Made by a program: the position numbers and the translations under genes | Assembly (NCBI GenBank): GCA_021844355.1 | Contig: JAKBTP010000117.1 | Location: forward strand, 1 to 44,611 | Source: a bacterium | GTDB lineage: Bacteria; Chloroflexota; Dormibacteria; Aeolococcales; Bog-877 | Direction of reading: 5' to 3' | DNA: 44,611 nucleotides | The notes under the pieces: model-generated | Database searches by the model: none | The model's input: the letters and a program-made list of their open reading frames with translations, nothing else | Told to the model about the DNA's origin: nothing | Shown here: piece by piece, positions 1 through 7,512 of the stretch | How positions within the stretch are numbered: position 1 is the stretch's first letter | How the letters are laid out: the number at the start of each line of letters is the position of its first letter

Positions 1-1399
1 GCCCGATCCCCCCGGCCGGAGGCATGCCATGCTCCAACGCCTCCACGAAGTCCTCATCAAACGGCGGCACCTCGAGGTTGCCCCGCTCCCGGCGACGGGC
101 CTGTTCCTCGAGCCGGCGCCGCTGCTCCAGGGGGTCGTTGAGCTCTGAAAAGGCGTTGGCCAGCTCACGCCCCTGGACCACCAGCTCAAACCGCTCGCAG
201 AAGCGGGGATCGACGGAGCGGCGCGCCAGCGGAGACACCTCCACCGGGTAGTCGGTGACGAAGATCGGGGTCTCGATGGTGGGCTCCACCAACTCCTCGT
301 AGATCGCGAAGAGCAGCTCTCCAGGGGTGTCCGGAAGCGGTCCGGAGGCGCCGGACGCCCGGGCCCTATCGGCCAATTCCCCGGGACGGGCCCAGAGCGA
401 GAGCGGATCCACTCCCAGTCGGGCGCCGACCAGTTCGGCCATGGAGCGCCGGGGAAAGGGAGGGGTGAGGTCCCGGACCGACTCCGGGACGGGGCCGGTC
501 TCAGCTGCCGCGGCGGCCGCCCCGGCCACCATGGCCTCGCAGAGCTCCATCATGGAGGCCATGTCCCCGTAGGCCTGATAGGCCTCCAGGAGGGTGAACT
601 CGGGATTGTGGCGCGGTGAGAGCCCCTCGTTCCGGAAGACCCGCCCCACCTCGTACACCCGCTCGAAGCCGGCCACCAGCAGCCGCTTCAAGTAAAGCTC
701 CAGGGCGATGCGCAGGTAGAGGTCGGTCGCCAGCGAGTTGTGGTGGGTTCTGAAGGGGCGAGCCTCGCCGCCCCCCGGGATGGGCTGCAGGATCGGGGTC
801 TCGACTTCCAGAAACCCCCTCTCGTCAAGGGTCCGGCGCAGGGATCTGACCACCGCAGATCGCTGGCGGAAGGCCACCCGGTGCTCCGGGGTGGTGAGGA
901 GGTCCAGATACCGTCGGCGGTAGCGAAGCTCTGTGTCCACGACGCCGGTGTGCTTGCCCGCCGGTGGCCGCAGCGCCTTGGCCAGCAGCGCCAGCTCCGA
1001 CAGCTCCAGGGACGGCTCACCCCTCCTAGTCCTGGTTAGGACGCCCCGGGCGCCGACGATGTCGCCGAGGTCCAGCTCACCCAGCTGTTCCACCAGCTGT
1101 GGCTTCTCTCCATCCGCCGAGGCCAACAGCTGCAGCCTACCGGTGGCGTCGAAGATGTCGGCGAAGGTGATCCCGCCGCTGGGCCGGAGCCGGAGGATCC
1201 GGCCCGCGACCGCGACCTCGGTCCCCCTGACTCCCACCTCGGACGGCGCCAGGTCCGCCGCCTCCTTGCAGCTGTGGTCGGGAGTGAAGTCGACGCCCCA
1301 GGGGCGTACCCCGGATGCATTCAGGAGTGTCGCCTTGCGCCTTCGATCCTCCAGGATCTGGGCGAGGGAGCCACCCGCGGCCGGTGGCTCCTCGGTCAC
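1..1399 (-). CDS. lysS: lysyl-tRNA synthetase, class II (N-terminal ~466 codons; the C-terminus runs off the left edge)
   Basis: It is not in the ORF track because no stop lies inside the window. My translation from GTG at 1399 reads MTEEPPAAGGSLAQILEDRRRKATLLNASGVRPWG...TELRYRRRYLDLL...FLEVETPILQPIPGGGEARPFRTHHNSL...YLRIALELYLKRLLVAGFERVYEVGRVFRNEGLSPRHNPEFTLLEAYQAY. These are LysRS class II motifs. The start overlaps the greA stop as GTGA. Confidence 0.9.
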   Translation of the reverse strand, partial: MTEEPPAAGGSLAQILEDRRRKATLLNASGVRPWGVDFTPDHSCKEAADLAPSEVGVRGTEVAVAGRILRLRPSGGITFADIFDATGRLQLLASADGEKPQLVEQLGELDLGDIVGARGVLTRTRRGEPSLELSELALLAKALRPPAGKHTGVVDTELRYRRRYLDLLTTPEHRVAFRQRSAVVRSLRRTLDERGFLEVETPILQPIPGGGEARPFRTHHNSLATDLYLRIALELYLKRLLVAGFERVYEVGRVFRNEGLSPRHNPEFTLLEAYQAYGDMASMMELCEAMVAGAAAAAAETGPVPESVRDLTPPFPRRSMAELVGARLGVDPLSLWARPGELADRARASGASGPLPDTPGELLFAIYEELVEPTIETPIFVTDYPVEVSPLARRSVDPRFCERFELVVQGRELANAFSELNDPLEQRRRLEEQARRRERGNLEVPPFDEDFVEALEHGMPPAGGIG

Positions 1400-1860
1400 G
1401 CCAGCTCTAGGATCCGAACCCGCCGTGCGCCACCGGGAGTCTCCACCTCCACCTCCTCGCCCGGTTCCCGGCCGATGAGAGCCTTGCCCACCGGCGACTC
1501 CAAGGAGATCCGGCCGGAGGCGGCGTCGGCTTCCGCGGGTCCGACGATCGTGTAGCTGCTGGTGCCGAACTCATCCTGGACGGTCACCGTGGAACCTAGT
1601 CGAACCGAACCGTCCGCCGTCGCCGCGGCGATCAGGCTGGCGTTGCGGATCATCTGCTCCAGGGTCAGGATCCGGCCCTCCACGAAGCCCTGCTCGTTCT
1701 TGGCATCCTCGTATTCGGCATTCTCACTCAGGTCGCCGAACTCCTTGGCATGCTTGATCCGCTGGGCGATCTCGGGGCGGCGCTGGCTGACCAGGTGCTC
1801 GAGCTCCTCCTGCAGGCGGCGCAGGCCGTCGGGAGTAAGGGGAACTGGCTTGTCCTGCAT
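1396..1860 (-). CDS. greA: transcription elongation factor GreA
   Basis: The 154-aa ORF reads PLTPDGLRRLQEELEHL...GDLSENAEYEDAKNEQGFVEGRI..LE, followed by a C-terminal FKBP-like domain. This is the classic GreA signature. Confidence 0.95.
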   Translation of the reverse strand: MQDKPVPLTPDGLRRLQEELEHLVSQRRPEIAQRIKHAKEFGDLSENAEYEDAKNEQGFVEGRILTLEQMIRNASLIAAATADGSVRLGSTVTVQDEFGTSSYTIVGPAEADAASGRISLESPVGKALIGREPGEEVEVETPGGARRVRILELA

Positions 1861-2125
1861 CTTTGTACTGGCTCCCTACCGGCCGCAGCCGGCGTCTGTG
1901 GCCCGCCTTCGACGTCTGGATGAGGCGTGGGCCGGGATGGGAAGTCTACCCGACCTGTGCCCAAGTGACAAGTCGGGCCTTGCCGCCGGTGTCGATCAGC
2001 CGAGGTCCAAGGCCGAGAGGTTGGGCTGCACGGCCCAGGCCGATCCTCGCCGCCGGCTCTTGCCGGAGATTTACCGACGGAGCGCTGGGCGCGGCCCGCT
2101 CCCACCTCCCGTAGCATGGCGGGTC

Positions 2126-2923
2126 GTGGCCGACGACAGCTGGGATCGAGATAACCTCGCCTGGTGGGAGGAGCGTGTCGAGCTCCACCTGGGCTCCGAT
2201 CTATACGACCTGACCTCGTTCCGGTCTGGGCGCAGCTCGCTCTTTCCCTATGAGCTGGAGGAGCTGGGAGAGGTGGGGGGGAAGGACCTCCTCCACCTGC
2301 AGTGTCACGTCGGGCTGGACACCATCTCCTGGGCCCGCCTCGGCGCCCGGGCCACGGGCCTCGACTACTCGGCGGGGGCGGTGGCCGCCGCTCGCCGGCT
2401 GGCGGACGAGGACGGCGTCTCGGCCGAGTTCATCGTGGCAAGCGTGGCCGAGGCGCCCGCCGTGCTGGATAGGCAGTTCGACATCGTGTACACGGGGAAG
2501 GGGGCGCTCAGCTGGCTGCCCGACCTGCGCTCCTGGGCCGGGGTCGTGAACCACCTGCTCCGGCCCGGCGGCCTCCTCTACCTGGTCGAGTCCCACCCAC
2601 TGGTCGACTGCATGGGGAAGACTCCGGACTTCGAGCTGGACTATGTGGACCCCGAGGAGTCGGTATGGGACGAGCCGGGCGACTACGCGGTCCCGGATGC
2701 CGCGACCAAGAGCAACCGGACCCATGAGAGGGTGCACCCTCTCGGAGAGGTGGTCACCTGCCTGGCCGGGGAGGGGATGGGCGTTCGCCTGCTCCACGAG
2801 CGCAGCGAGATCTTCTTCGCCCGCTTCCCGCAGCTGGTCGCGGATGGGCCGGGAGTCTGGCGGCTCCCCTCCGGGTGGCCCCGGCTACCCCTCAGCTACT
2901 CGCTGCTCGCCCAAAAGGGATAG
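2126..2923 (+). CDS. class I SAM-dependent methyltransferase
   Basis: It is the 3' part of track ORF 1562..2923. The 5' part of that ORF is antisense to greA. It carries motif I (LLHLQCHVGLDT..GLDYS) and a post-I region (DIVYTGKGALSWLPDL..LLRPGGLLYLVESHP). I chose the in-frame GTG at 2126 (MADDSWDRDNLAWWEE). Third-position GC drops upstream of it, but ATG 1937 remains an alternative start. Confidence 0.75.
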   Translation: MADDSWDRDNLAWWEERVELHLGSDLYDLTSFRSGRSSLFPYELEELGEVGGKDLLHLQCHVGLDTISWARLGARATGLDYSAGAVAAARRLADEDGVSAEFIVASVAEAPAVLDRQFDIVYTGKGALSWLPDLRSWAGVVNHLLRPGGLLYLVESHPLVDCMGKTPDFELDYVDPEESVWDEPGDYAVPDAATKSNRTHERVHPLGEVVTCLAGEGMGVRLLHERSEIFFARFPQLVADGPGVWRLPSGWPRLPLSYSLLAQKG

Positions 2924-3138
2924 GTGGCGGCGCTCGCCCGGGCCGGCCGGCCCCCTCTGGCCTCGCCGGTCTCTTGGGCAGTAGTTCGGCAACGCGGTAC
3001 CGCTTTCTCGAGTGACGCCGATCGCACGAGTCCGTAGCGAGACCTTCACCAGATCGGAATTTGCCCCTGGAGATGGGTGGTGGTAGGCTAGCCGCGTGCC
3101 CCGGGGCCGGCCCCGGATTCACTTCGCCCCCCCCTCTC

Positions 3139-3171
3139 GGGGCGTCCCTTTCGGGGGGCGCCCTTTTTTTT
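3139..3171. terminator. GC-rich hairpin plus T8 tract between convergent genes (intrinsic terminator, possibly bidirectional)
   Basis: GGGGCGTCCC-TTTC-GGGGGGCGCCC is followed by TTTTTTTT at 3164-3171 on the + strand. A T8 run is highly unusual in this GC context. The coaX stop (3175-3177) lies 3 nt away on the other strand. Confidence 0.6.
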
Positions 3172-3174
3172 GCC

Positions 3175-3939
3175 CTACTGGGGATTGAGCTCCGCCAACA
3201 CCCGCAGCCCTTCCAGGAGCACCAAGGGGTCGATCACGTCGACGCCCTCCACCATGGGCCCCACCAGCTCCGCCAAGCCGCCGGTCGCGACGACCCGTGC
3301 CGGCGTCCCCAGCTCCAGCCGGATGCGGCGCAGGAGGCCCTCCGCTTGGGCGGCGGCCCCGAACATGATCCCCGCCTGCATGGAGGAGACGGTGTTGGTC
3401 CCGAGCACCCGGTCAGGGGCCACCAGGTCGACCCGCGGGAGCCTCGCGGCCCGGGAGAAAAGCGCGTCCACCGACATCTGCAGTCCCGGCGCGATCGCCC
3501 CGCCCAGGTAGCCACCGTCCTGGTCGATGGCGTCGAACACCGTGGCCGTGCCGAAGCTGACCATGATCGCCGGGGCCCCATAGCGGTGGCGCACCCCCAC
3601 GGCGGTGGCGATCCGATCGGCGCCCACGTCGCGGGGCGGGTCGTAGTGCACGCGCATCCCGGTGACGGTCCCCGGCCCCACCAGGAGAGGCTCCCGCTGG
3701 AAGTACTCCCGGCTGGCCTCACGCAGGGGCTGGTTCAGGGGCGGGACCACGCAGCTGATCGCCACCTGGTGGAATTCCGACGCTATGCCCCGGTGGGCCA
3801 GCAGCTGCAGGAGCTGCCCCCCCAGCTCGTCCGGGGTGGCGTCCCGGTGAGTGGCGAAGCGTCCGTGGGCGGCCAGCCGCTCGCCGTCGAACACCCCTAC
3901 CGTGAGGTTGGAGTTGCCCGCATCCAGCGCCAGCAGCAC
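3175..3939 (-). CDS. coaX: type III pantothenate kinase
   Basis: The sequence reads LLALDAGNSNLTVGVF...GADRIATAVG...VSFGTATVFD...GGAIAPG...TNTVSSMQAGI...ATGG. I set the start at GTG 3939, which is preceded by AGGAGG 7 nt upstream. This gives 254 aa, and the track ORF 3175..4269 is over-extended. Confidence 0.9.
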   Translation of the reverse strand: MLLALDAGNSNLTVGVFDGERLAAHGRFATHRDATPDELGGQLLQLLAHRGIASEFHQVAISCVVPPLNQPLREASREYFQREPLLVGPGTVTGMRVHYDPPRDVGADRIATAVGVRHRYGAPAIMVSFGTATVFDAIDQDGGYLGGAIAPGLQMSVDALFSRAARLPRVDLVAPDRVLGTNTVSSMQAGIMFGAAAQAEGLLRRIRLELGTPARVVATGGLAELVGPMVEGVDVIDPLVLLEGLRVLAELNPQ

Positions 3940-4044
3940 CTGGAGACCTCCTGAGATCGGGTCCGTCCGGCCAAGCCGGACTATAGCCGGGCCGCGGGTT
4001 GGGGGATACTGGCGGCAGACAGTCAACCCCCAGGACGGTGTGCC

Positions 4045-5088
4045 TTGCCCGCAACGCTCAGCGCGAGCTCCCTCCGCATCGGCACGGTGGAGCTCGCCAA
4101 TCCCATCTTCATCGCCCCGATGGCCGGGATCACCGACCGTCCCTTCCGCTCCATGGCTCGCGAGCTGGGAGCCGGTCTCACCTGCAGTGAGATGACCGCG
4201 GCCGCCGCGCTGGTGCGGGCTCCCGTGGACAGCCTGGAGCGGGTGCTGGACCTGTCCCCGGACGAGCACCCGGTGGCCGCGCAGCTGGTGGGGAACGACC
4301 CTCAGATGATGGCGGACGCCGCCCAGATCTGCGTCGCCATGGGGGCCGACATCGTAGATGTCAACCTCGGCTGTCCCGTCCCCAAGGTGGTCCGGCTCGG
4401 ATCAGGCGCGGCGCTGGCGCGACAGGTCGACCGCACGGTGGAGGTGCTTCAGGCGATGGTCTCGGCGGTGCCGGTCCCGGTCACCGCCAAGATGCGCCTG
4501 GGCTGGGACCACGACAGCATCAACGCGCCTCACCTGGCGCGGGCGCTGGAGGATGTGGGGGTGGCCGCCGTCACCGTGCACGGCCGGACTCGCTGCCAGC
4601 GGTACACGGGATTCGCCGACTGGGAGCAGATCGCTCGGGTCAAGGAGGCGGTGCAGGCCATCCCGGTGCTCGGTTCCGGGGATGTGCGGGACCCTCGCGA
4701 GGTGGAGCGCCGGATCCGGGCCGGGGTGGTGGACGGCGTGGTGATCGCCCGGGGGATGATGGGTGATTGGCACCTTCTGCAGCAGACCGTCGCCCAGCTC
4801 CGCCAGGGCGACCCGGGGCCCGACCCCACCTTCCAAGACCGTCTCACCCTGGCCAGGGACCACTGGGACCGAATGGTGGAGTTCCATGGCGAGCGGCGCG
4901 GAGTTCGGCTGGCGCGCAAGTTCGTGGTGTGGGCGATCAAGGGTTGCGCCGGTGCGGCCAGGCTGCGAGCCCGGGTGGCCGACCTGGAGAGCGCTGAGGA
5001 CATCGACGAGATGTACCGGGAGATCCTGGCGGCGGGCGAGGGTCCCCAGGGGTGGCACCGGCCCGAGTTCAGTTCGGGCGAGGGCTGA
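4045..5088 (+). CDS. dus: tRNA-dihydrouridine synthase (Dus family, DusB-like)
   Basis: The sequence reads LANPIFIAPMAGITDRPFR...EMTAAAAL...QLVGNDP...DVNLGCPVPKV...GAAL...VTAKMRLGWD...VTVHGRTR. The start is TTG, and the gene is divergent from coaX. Confidence 0.9.
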   Translation: MPATLSASSLRIGTVELANPIFIAPMAGITDRPFRSMARELGAGLTCSEMTAAAALVRAPVDSLERVLDLSPDEHPVAAQLVGNDPQMMADAAQICVAMGADIVDVNLGCPVPKVVRLGSGAALARQVDRTVEVLQAMVSAVPVPVTAKMRLGWDHDSINAPHLARALEDVGVAAVTVHGRTRCQRYTGFADWEQIARVKEAVQAIPVLGSGDVRDPREVERRIRAGVVDGVVIARGMMGDWHLLQQTVAQLRQGDPGPDPTFQDRLTLARDHWDRMVEFHGERRGVRLARKFVVWAIKGCAGAARLRARVADLESAEDIDEMYREILAAGEGPQGWHRPEFSSGEG

Positions 5089-5093
5089 CGGAG

Positions 5094-5474
5094 ATGGCCG
5101 GGGCGCGCCACCTCGTCTGTCCCAACTCGTGCCCCGGGGGGGCCTTCGAACTGCTGGGCGGGCGGGTTCTGGTCGACTCGGCCGGCCGCTGCCTCCGGCA
5201 CGAGACGGAGGTGGCGACCTTCGCCTGCGCCATGTGCGGAGCGGTGGCGGTGGACCTGGCGGCGGCGGCGCGGGCCCTGCAGCGCGGGGCCCCCGCTCCT
5301 CTGGGGGAGGAGCTCACCTGCCCCGGATGTGGGGTCACGCTGCTGGCACCGTCCGGGGTGGACGCGGAGCTGGAGCTGCAATGCCCCGATTGCCGGCTGG
5401 TCTTCGCCCCCGACGAGGGCCGGGCCAGGCTGCTCGGGTCCAGCACCCCGGAGGACTTCGACGAGCGTGAATGA
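5094..5474 (+). CDS. hypothetical Cys-rich protein with four CxxC pairs (double zinc-ribbon-like)
   Basis: ATG 5094 has GGAG 5 nt upstream, just after the dus stop. The motifs are CPNSC, CAMC, CPGC and CPDC. I do not recognise a family. Confidence 0.5.
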   Translation: MAGARHLVCPNSCPGGAFELLGGRVLVDSAGRCLRHETEVATFACAMCGAVAVDLAAAARALQRGAPAPLGEELTCPGCGVTLLAPSGVDAELELQCPDCRLVFAPDEGRARLLGSSTPEDFDERE

Positions 5475-5489
5475 GTGGCTGCCGACCTC

Positions 5490-5807
5490 TCAGGTGAGCT
5501 CGTCAATCTTGGCCGCGACGATGAAGTCGTTGCGAGTGAGTCCGCCGGCGGAATGGGTGGTCAGCTCCACCTCCAGATGGCCGTACCCCAGGCGCAGCTC
5601 GGGGTGGTGGTCTTCCCGTTCCGCCAGCAGGGCGATCCGGACCGCCAGCGCCACCGGTTCCCCGAACCCCCGCAGCCGGTACTCTCGCCGCAGCCTCCCT
5701 CCCTCTGAGCGCCAGCTGGGGCTGAGGTTGGCCAGGAGCTCGGCGGCTCCCTCAGGGGTGATGGCCGACGCCCCCGGCTGACAGCGCTCGCGGCTCAGTT
5801 CGCCCAT
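5490..5807 (-). CDS. phhB: pterin-4-alpha-carbinolamine dehydratase (PCD/DCoH family)
   Basis: The 105-aa ORF contains ..F..A..F...IA.LAEREDHHPEL.LGYGHLEVELTTHSAGGLT.NDF. This is the canonical PCD core (DHHPE...TH). Confidence 0.85.
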   Translation of the reverse strand: MGELSRERCQPGASAITPEGAAELLANLSPSWRSEGGRLRREYRLRGFGEPVALAVRIALLAEREDHHPELRLGYGHLEVELTTHSAGGLTRNDFIVAAKIDELT

Positions 5808-5808
5808 C

Positions 5809-7512
5809 TCAAAGCACCTCCGCCCGTTGCAGAACGCGGTGGGCGATCGCCAGCGCCCCCGCGTAGGTGGCCTCCATCCCCTCGAACCGAAGCCCCCTGG
5901 CCCCCAGCGTACGCGCCTGGGTGTAGGGGGTGTCTGAGGCGTAATGGATGATCCCGACGTCCATCACCGGCCGGGTCAGATCCACCTGCTCCCCGGTCGG
6001 GTAGCGGGAGCTGTCCCCGGCCTCGTACACCGCCCCCAGGTAGGGCCCGCTCTCCATCTCCACCACGGTGTAGGCGTTGCGGTAGTAGAAGTCCAGATAT
6101 GCCCGGTTTTGCAGGAAGGTGCTGCGCACCGAAACCGCCCGCTGGCGGTCCAGCACCGAGCGCGAGGTGACATAGGGGGCGACGGTCCCGAAGGAGAAGC
6201 AGTTGTCCACCCAGTAGGTGTTGGAGCTGTGCTCGTCGTGGACCACGTCGGGGATCATGACGTCGCCGACATCGGCGTTGAGGGTGGCGGCCTTGCCCAG
6301 GATGTAGACCCCCTCCACCCGGTCGGTGGCCTCCAGGATCTGGCGGAGGATGTGGTACGCGCCCAGCCCCAGGGGGTACTGGATGTTGAGGACCACATGT
6401 GGCGCCCGACCGAGCGCCCGGGCATGGGTGGCCCCCAGCCCCAGGCGGGGGTCGAGGTGCTCGAAGGAGAGTCGGTCCAGGACCATCACCTGAGCGGCGA
6501 TGGCGGTGCCAGACCTGGCCTCCACGTGGTAGATCCCCTCCAGCCGCTCCTCGGCAGCCCTCCGGGCGCGCGCTTCCGGGTGGGCCGCGAACCACATCCG
6601 GGCGGCGAAGTAGAGGAGGTTCTCCCGGGAGATCTGGGAGTTGGCCGTCCGGCTCTCCGTCAGCAGTTCGCGCAGTTCGGGGTCCCGCGAGCCGGCTGCC
6701 CAGGCGAAGATCTCCTCCTGGTGGCGCCGCGCCACCCCGGACAGGAGGTTCACCAGGGAGTGGGCGTTGCTGCTGACGAAGACCAGCGGCCGCTGGCGCA
6801 GGCCCTCCCGGGTCAGCACCTCGCCGACCGGCCCCCACCACTCTCGAGTTGCACGGGCGTAGCCGACCTGCGTCCCTCCCACCAACCTCAGCCGCAGGTC
6901 CATCGGGCGGCGGCGGACCTCGCCGAGGAACTCCGGCATCCGCTCGCGGAAGAGGGCCTCGAGCCGGCCCCAGTCGTCGGGGCCGATCCCCAGCCGGGAT
7001 CTGGCCACGCGCCCCAGGTCGCCGCTGACCCGGCGAAGCCGCCGGTGGGCCTTGTTCCACTCGATCTGGACCGCGACCAGCATCGGCACCAGGTCGTCGA
7101 GGTCGGAGCTGCTGGCCAGGGCGGCGGCCAGGGTCCGGCTCTCCTGGCTCCACCACCACCTCCGCCTGCGCCCCGGGGCGGTCATCGGGACCCAGCCTCC
7201 CCCGCCCACCATCTCCGAGGGGGACTGTCCCATCACCACGCGCTCGAGGTTGGTCACCACCGGGGGCAGCCTCTGCAGCGAGTACAGGAGGGCCCCGGTG
7301 TCTATCTGGTCCGACTCCGCCAGCGGGTGGAGTGACGACCCCATCTCCAGATGGGCGCGTTCCAGTACCCGGGCGCGCACCTCGCCGGAGGAGCGCAGCA
7401 CGGTGAGGAAGGTCCGCGTGTAGAGTTCCACCCGGTCGCGCCCCGGCGGCTCCGCTGGAGCCTCCGGCCAGGGTGGGCGGGGCGCATGCCGCCGGCCGGC
7501 GGTGGGGCTCAT
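5809..7512 (-). CDS. uncharacterised two-domain protein; the C-terminal domain belongs to the nucleoside phosphorylase (PNP_UDP_1 / AMP-nucleosidase-like) superfamily
   Basis: The 567-aa ORF has good coding character. The C-terminal ~230 aa read VVLNIQYPLGLGAYHIL...VYILGKAATLNADVGDVMIPDVVHDEHS...TVVEMESGPY..A, which is the PNP/UDP-phosphorylase fold pattern. The N-terminal ~330 aa match nothing I recognise. It has an ATGA overlap with glgP and a 1-nt gap to phhB. Confidence 0.7.
   Translation of the reverse strand: MSPTAGRRHAPRPPWPEAPAEPPGRDRVELYTRTFLTVLRSSGEVRARVLERAHLEMGSSLHPLAESDQIDTGALLYSLQRLPPVVTNLERVVMGQSPSEMVGGGGWVPMTAPGRRRRWWWSQESRTLAAALASSSDLDDLVPMLVAVQIEWNKAHRRLRRVSGDLGRVARSRLGIGPDDWGRLEALFRERMPEFLGEVRRRPMDLRLRLVGGTQVGYARATREWWGPVGEVLTREGLRQRPLVFVSSNAHSLVNLLSGVARRHQEEIFAWAAGSRDPELRELLTESRTANSQISRENLLYFAARMWFAAHPEARARRAAEERLEGIYHVEARSGTAIAAQVMVLDRLSFEHLDPRLGLGATHARALGRAPHVVLNIQYPLGLGAYHILRQILEATDRVEGVYILGKAATLNADVGDVMIPDVVHDEHSSNTYWVDNCFSFGTVAPYVTSRSVLDRQRAVSVRSTFLQNRAYLDFYYRNAYTVVEMESGPYLGAVYEAGDSSRYPTGEQVDLTRPVMDVGIIHYASDTPYTQARTLGARGLRFEGMEATYAGALAIAHRVLQRAEVL

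Noticed and set aside
1562-2125. The methyltransferase ORF in the track has an N-terminal extension (453 aa).
   Set aside because: The first ~100 codons are antisense to greA. Third-position GC is low (about 72%) between 1937 and 2125, and the homologous region starts around 2126.
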